Positions 60,190-64,000 of a DNA stretch of 64,000 nucleotides are shown piece after piece. The stretch is from Candidatus Cloacimonadales bacterium. GTDB taxonomy: Bacteria > Cloacimonadota > Cloacimonadia > Cloacimonadales > DAONDQ01. Within the stretch, counting starts at the first letter, position 1. Every line of letters starts with the position of its first letter. Below the pieces are notes generated by a model that saw nothing but the letters and a program-made list of their open reading frames with translations, searched no databases and was not told where the DNA came from. Both the position numbers and the translations under genes were made by a program. The stretch lies in contig OY759316.1 in assembly GCA_963662275.1 (NCBI GenBank), positions 1,408,001 through 1,472,000 on the forward strand, written 5' to 3'.

Positions 60190-61143
60190 CTAGGAGTGAT
60201 TCCGCAGATTCAATTCCATAGGGTGTGGATTGAGGTAATATTGTTCTGCTAAATATGGCTTATCGTACTTTCGGACATAATGATTGATTAGGGTCATCGG
60301 AACGATAAGCGGGTAGTGTTCTGCTTTGTATTTTACTAAGATATCGATTAATTCAGCTTTCTCATCCGAACTCAAATCATTTTTAAAATATCCTAGAATA
60401 TGCAGCATCACATTTTGATGCTTGCTCCTTGTGGCAGGTTTCTTTGTTGCTTGCATCAGCATTTCATAGTAAGTCTGCAACACTTCGGGGAAAGCTAATT
60501 GAGAGGCAAATGCTACATACTTTCCTGTGCTTCTGTACAATTCGATATTATGAGCCATGAATAAAAGCTTATGACGTGTATGAAAAATGATCAGGTCATT
60601 TATTTTAGGATTGGAATTTAATAAATTCTGCCAACGCTTCATGATGAAGATGCGCTCAATAAAATTCTCTCTAAGGATAGGATCTTGCAGCCTGCCCTCC
60701 TCTTCAACGGGTAAATACGGAAAAGCTTTCATGAACTGGTTGGCAAAAATTCCAATGCCTTTTTTTTCAGCGATCCCATGGTTCTCGGGATAGACTTTTA
60801 CTCTTTCCATTCCACTACTGGGAGACCTACTTTTGAACACAAATCCGCATAGCTTCTCATTCCCTAGCTCACGTACCTTCTTTTCACAGAAAGAAAGCAT
60901 TTGATGAGTTAGATTTTTTCCCGTTTTTATTGTTACTAATCTTGGATTTTCAGGATTACCGACAAGATGCATTGCTTCCCTGGGAACAGACAAACCACAT
61001 TCCACTTCAGGACAAACAGGTACATAATCGACATATTTACCCAACTCTTCCACTAGCCAATTGTCATACTTATGCTGTCCATCATAGCGAACTTTATTTC
61101 CTAAAAGACAGGAGCTAATACCAAGTCGTATTTTTTCATCCAT
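60190..61143 (-). CDS. DUF523/DUF1722 (YbbK-YbgA) fusion protein
   Basis: GISSCLLGNKVRYDG, CPEVECGL..PRE, SPSSG, EEEGRL, H..GYFK, YLAEQYYL. Confidence 0.9.
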   Translation of the reverse strand: MDEKIRLGISSCLLGNKVRYDGQHKYDNWLVEELGKYVDYVPVCPEVECGLSVPREAMHLVGNPENPRLVTIKTGKNLTHQMLSFCEKKVRELGNEKLCGFVFKSRSPSSGMERVKVYPENHGIAEKKGIGIFANQFMKAFPYLPVEEEGRLQDPILRENFIERIFIMKRWQNLLNSNPKINDLIIFHTRHKLLFMAHNIELYRSTGKYVAFASQLAFPEVLQTYYEMLMQATKKPATRSKHQNVMLHILGYFKNDLSSDEKAELIDILVKYKAEHYPLIVPMTLINHYVRKYDKPYLAEQYYLNPHPMELNLRNHS

Positions 61144-61375
61144 GATTATAACCTCACATTTTAATATAATACATGAACCATATGATAGCAAGAAATTAAA
61201 ATGATTCTACACCTATCCTCACTTCACTTCAATGAACCGTTTCTGCTATTTCCTTGTTTTTTGTAGTAAGCGTTCAAATAGGTTCTGGATTGTCTCAATT
61301 ATAGACATTAGTGTAATAATACTTGACAAAACATGACATTATGTAATCTAATGGACAAAAGGAGCTTGATTAATT

Positions 61376-61846
61376 ATGGAAAAAGATATTCTTAGTATCG
61401 ATGAAACAGCAGAAATGCTCTCAATGCATCCACGAACCATACGCAGATATCTCAAGGCAGGTACATTAAAAGGAACTAAAATCGGCGGTGAATGGCGAAT
61501 ACAAAGATCTGACCTGAAAACAATGCTAGGCAGCCCTGAAGTGATACAAGAGCTAAATACAACTTGGAATAACAGTGTCTCTGATTTTATTGCAGGAAAA
61601 CAGGATATACCTCTCATGGGTTTCCGGATATGCACTGTGATCGACTGTATGTTTTCCGGTTCAGAAGAAGCACAGGAAATCTCTTCATCATTGCTGAGAA
61701 TTGTGAACCAGTATAAGTCAGAAGACGGTGAAGCGCGTTTCCAATATTCTTATGACTCTCAAACCGGGAAGGCACGCTTCATTCTTTGGGGTTCACCGGA
61801 CTACATCATCAAAATGCTGCAAGTTCTACCTGAAAGTAATTCGTAG
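61376..61846 (+). CDS. Excisionase-type (HTH_17) DNA-binding protein
   Basis: LSIDETAEMLSMHPRTIRRYLKAG.LKG.KIGGEWRI. Confidence 0.85.
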   Translation: MEKDILSIDETAEMLSMHPRTIRRYLKAGTLKGTKIGGEWRIQRSDLKTMLGSPEVIQELNTTWNNSVSDFIAGKQDIPLMGFRICTVIDCMFSGSEEAQEISSSLLRIVNQYKSEDGEARFQYSYDSQTGKARFILWGSPDYIIKMLQVLPESNS

Positions 61847-61949
61847 CGCTGCCTTTAGGCGGTTATCTCGTAGCGCTGCCTTTAGGCGATAATCTCGTAG
61901 CACTGCCTTTAGGCGGTAATCTCGTAGCACTGCCTTTAGGCGGTATCTT
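61843..61949 (+). repeat. Four tandem 27-bp REPs GTAGC(G/A)CTGCCTTTAGGCGG
   Basis: Units at 61843, 61870, 61897, 61924; first unit supplies the TAG of the upstream gene. Confidence 0.92.
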
Positions 61950-61967
61950 ATAAAAAAAGGAGGATCA

Positions 61968-62795
61968 ATGTTCCGTTATTTGTTTTTTATATTTCTCATT
62001 CTTTTCTTCATCACAGTACTTTCAGCAGAATCTTCAGCAAGCACTTTTGATTTACACCCCATAACCAAAATGTGGCAAACTGCAAAAACAATGCATCCTG
62101 CCTGGGAGAAACTATATCCAATTTGCATTGCCAGTGGTGATGACTTTTATCTGTACCAGCCTTCTTCCAATGGAACCTGGACGTTGACTAAAACGGAGAA
62201 TCGGTCTGGTCAGGTTCCTAAGGAAATCCGTGCAGCATATCCGGTTGACTTTGCAGATAATCAAATCGTCTGTGTCATCGATCCCAGTGTTTTAGCAAAT
62301 CAAAAGCAGATCATCACCGTATTTCATGAATTTGTTCATTGCTATCAGTTCAATACCTGTGAATTCAGTATTAAGGATTCGCTGCAGGTCAATCAGGATG
62401 CTATGGCACAGAAAAACTGGATGTGGGAGCTGAATTATCCATTTCCTTATGACAATATCAAAGTAACGAAAACCTACCTGACAATGATTGCCGCAGCAAA
62501 ACAAGGAAAAGTTAAGCAAGTGGGCATCCTTCGTGGAAAGCTTCGCTCTCTTCTTACAAAACAGGAATGGGAATACTTATCCTGGCAGGAATTCAAGGAA
62601 GGAACAGCCAGATATTTGCAGAATGAGTTAAATGCCAAATACGGTTACCCCAGGGCTACATCTTCACATCAAAAACCACTAAATCGTGTGATCTTCTATG
62701 AAGGAGGAGACTATATGATTCGCATGCTTCTCAAATCCAATCCGGATATGATTAATGATCTTCCTGCGCTGTGGATCGCATTATATACAAAATGA
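61968..62795 (+). CDS. Secreted putative zinc metalloprotease-like protein
   Basis: Signal peptide; HEFVH plus downstream EGTA (gluzincin-like). Confidence 0.65.
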   Translation: MFRYLFFIFLILFFITVLSAESSASTFDLHPITKMWQTAKTMHPAWEKLYPICIASGDDFYLYQPSSNGTWTLTKTENRSGQVPKEIRAAYPVDFADNQIVCVIDPSVLANQKQIITVFHEFVHCYQFNTCEFSIKDSLQVNQDAMAQKNWMWELNYPFPYDNIKVTKTYLTMIAAAKQGKVKQVGILRGKLRSLLTKQEWEYLSWQEFKEGTARYLQNELNAKYGYPRATSSHQKPLNRVIFYEGGDYMIRMLLKSNPDMINDLPALWIALYTK

Positions 62796-63153
62796 AAACA
62801 TGATACGAGATGGAGCCATGGTTAACAATCCTTCCATTAACGGCTTTACAAACCGTGTTACGATTCTGCTCTGCTAATTCTGTAATTCTCATGAATTTCT
62901 CTTCGAACTTCGCACTTATAAAATGAGCTGGGTTTCATCTAGGCATTATCTAGGGATCATCTAGGGATCATCTAGACTTTTTTAGATTTTCCTTAGGTTT
63001 TCATTAGTTCGTGATTAGCTTCTATTTCGTTGATTTTCTCGTTGTGATTCAAGAGCCAATTGGGTGGGGTATGAGTGGAATATAATTACTCACATTTCGA
63101 CTTCGCTCAATGACCGAGTAATCACTCGATGAACCGATTGTTGGGTACTGAAA

Positions 63154-63238
63154 CAACCGGTTAAACCCGGAGCTACCAAGTACAACCGGCTAAACCCGGA
63201 GCTACGCTAATGAATCAACCGGTTAAACCCGGAGCTAC
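63154..63238 (-). repeat. Three REPs GTAGCTCCGGGTTTAACCGGTTG
   Basis: Copies at 63154, 63183, 63216. Confidence 0.88.
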
Positions 63239-63290
63239 CACTCTGAGCTAGTACCTAACACCTAGAACCTAGCACCTTCTGCAAATTTCC

Positions 63291-63338
63291 TTGACATCTT
63301 TCCTATATTTATAAACATATGCGTATATGTTCATATAT
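63291..63338 (+). promoter_or_regulatory. Promoter with ArsR/SmtB-type operator
   Basis: TTGACA at 63291; imperfect inverted repeat ataaacatat-gcgt-atatgttcat. Confidence 0.65.
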
Positions 63339-63354
63339 CAATAAGGAGAGAAGA

Positions 63355-63726
63355 ATGGTGTTGATCGAAGAGACTGAACTTTGTTCCTGCCACCAGGAAA
63401 ACCCTGATTTAGTACAAAAAGTACGTGAGCAATTAGCTTCTACCAATGAAATAGATAAGATGGCTGAATTCTTTAAGATGTTTGCAGATACTTCCCGTTT
63501 GAAGATCATCCTTTCATTGCTTAACAATGAGCTTTGTGTCTGTGACCTTGCTTCTGTAGTGCAGATGAATCAATCGGCAGTCTCTCATCAATTGCGTGTG
63601 TTGAAGTTGCTCAGGCTTGTGAAGTCACGTCGCGATGGAAAGGTGATCTATTACTCGTTAGATGATGAGCATGTGCATGATATTGTGGCGTTGGCAAAAA
63701 CACATTTTGAAGAGGGATCATGGTAA
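63355..63726 (+). CDS. ArsR/SmtB family metal-sensing repressor
   Basis: ELCVCDLA, SAVSHQLR.L, YYSLDDEHV. Confidence 0.93.
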   Translation: MVLIEETELCSCHQENPDLVQKVREQLASTNEIDKMAEFFKMFADTSRLKIILSLLNNELCVCDLASVVQMNQSAVSHQLRVLKLLRLVKSRRDGKVIYYSLDDEHVHDIVALAKTHFEEGSW

Positions 63727-64000
63727 AGAAGGAATACAAGCTGGAAGGTCTTGCGTGCGGTTCCTGTGCAGCCAAGATCGAAGGGCATATGAATAAACTG
63801 GATTCTGTTGCCCAGGCGCAGGTGAATCTGATGACCCAGACACTGACTCTTTATTACAATGAAGATGACAACCACATGCAAGATGAGCAGATAAAGAAGA
63901 TCGTACTGGGTTATGAACCGGATGTGATCGTTGAGAAACTTAATGATAAACGCAGTAAGGATGAAACAGCAAAGGAAGCTCGTCTTTCGAATTATATTTT
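63720..64000 (+). CDS. 5' part of probable heavy-metal P1B ATPase (HMA domain), truncated by window end
   Basis: MVKKEYKLEGLACGSCAAKIE; start overlaps arsR stop. Confidence 0.8.
   Translation, partial: MVKKEYKLEGLACGSCAAKIEGHMNKLDSVAQAQVNLMTQTLTLYYNEDDNHMQDEQIKKIVLGYEPDVIVEKLNDKRSKDETAKEARLSNYI

Noticed and set aside
59872..60252. ORFs made of repeats (also 981-1178, 2947-3150, 9522-9770, 31719-31940, 31763-32092)
   Set aside because: Open frames are by-products of stop-free tandem repeats or antisense shadows.
61376..61846. Prophage or ICE marked by an excisionase
   Set aside because: No integrase, att site or phage genes nearby; likely a stand-alone regulator.

Overview
64 kb of an AT-rich bacterial chromosome. 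Secreted proteins with FlgD-Ig/T9SS-like C-termini and a C25 gingipain-like protein suggest Cloacimonadota or a related FCB-group anaerobe (inference). The backbone is ordinary: RND efflux, sppA, rng-rplU-rpmA, natAB-like ABC, glmS, a hybrid kinase, a THI5-type ABC, mutA-mutB-meaB, rocD, mscS, NFACT-recO and arsR plus a metal ATPase. The striking feature is a dense set of short mobile repeats. (1) A DUF559 endonuclease gene bracketed by 45-bp hairpin-containing inverted repeats sits inside the methylmalonyl-CoA mutase operon. (2) mutA, mutB and meaB (and NFACT) carry in-frame insertions from several repeat families, some also found intergenically here. (3) A Y1 tnpA is flanked by REP modules; the left module was invaded by an IS1182 and by a group II intron whose putative EBS1 pairs with the REP. 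(4) Many GTAG/GTGG-footed REP families and heptamer arrays share a GCAGA junction. An AbiL/RloAB-like pair is followed by a frameshifted HEPN-like gene. No rRNA, tRNA or CRISPR array was seen. All calls are from motif recognition by eye; no searches were run.
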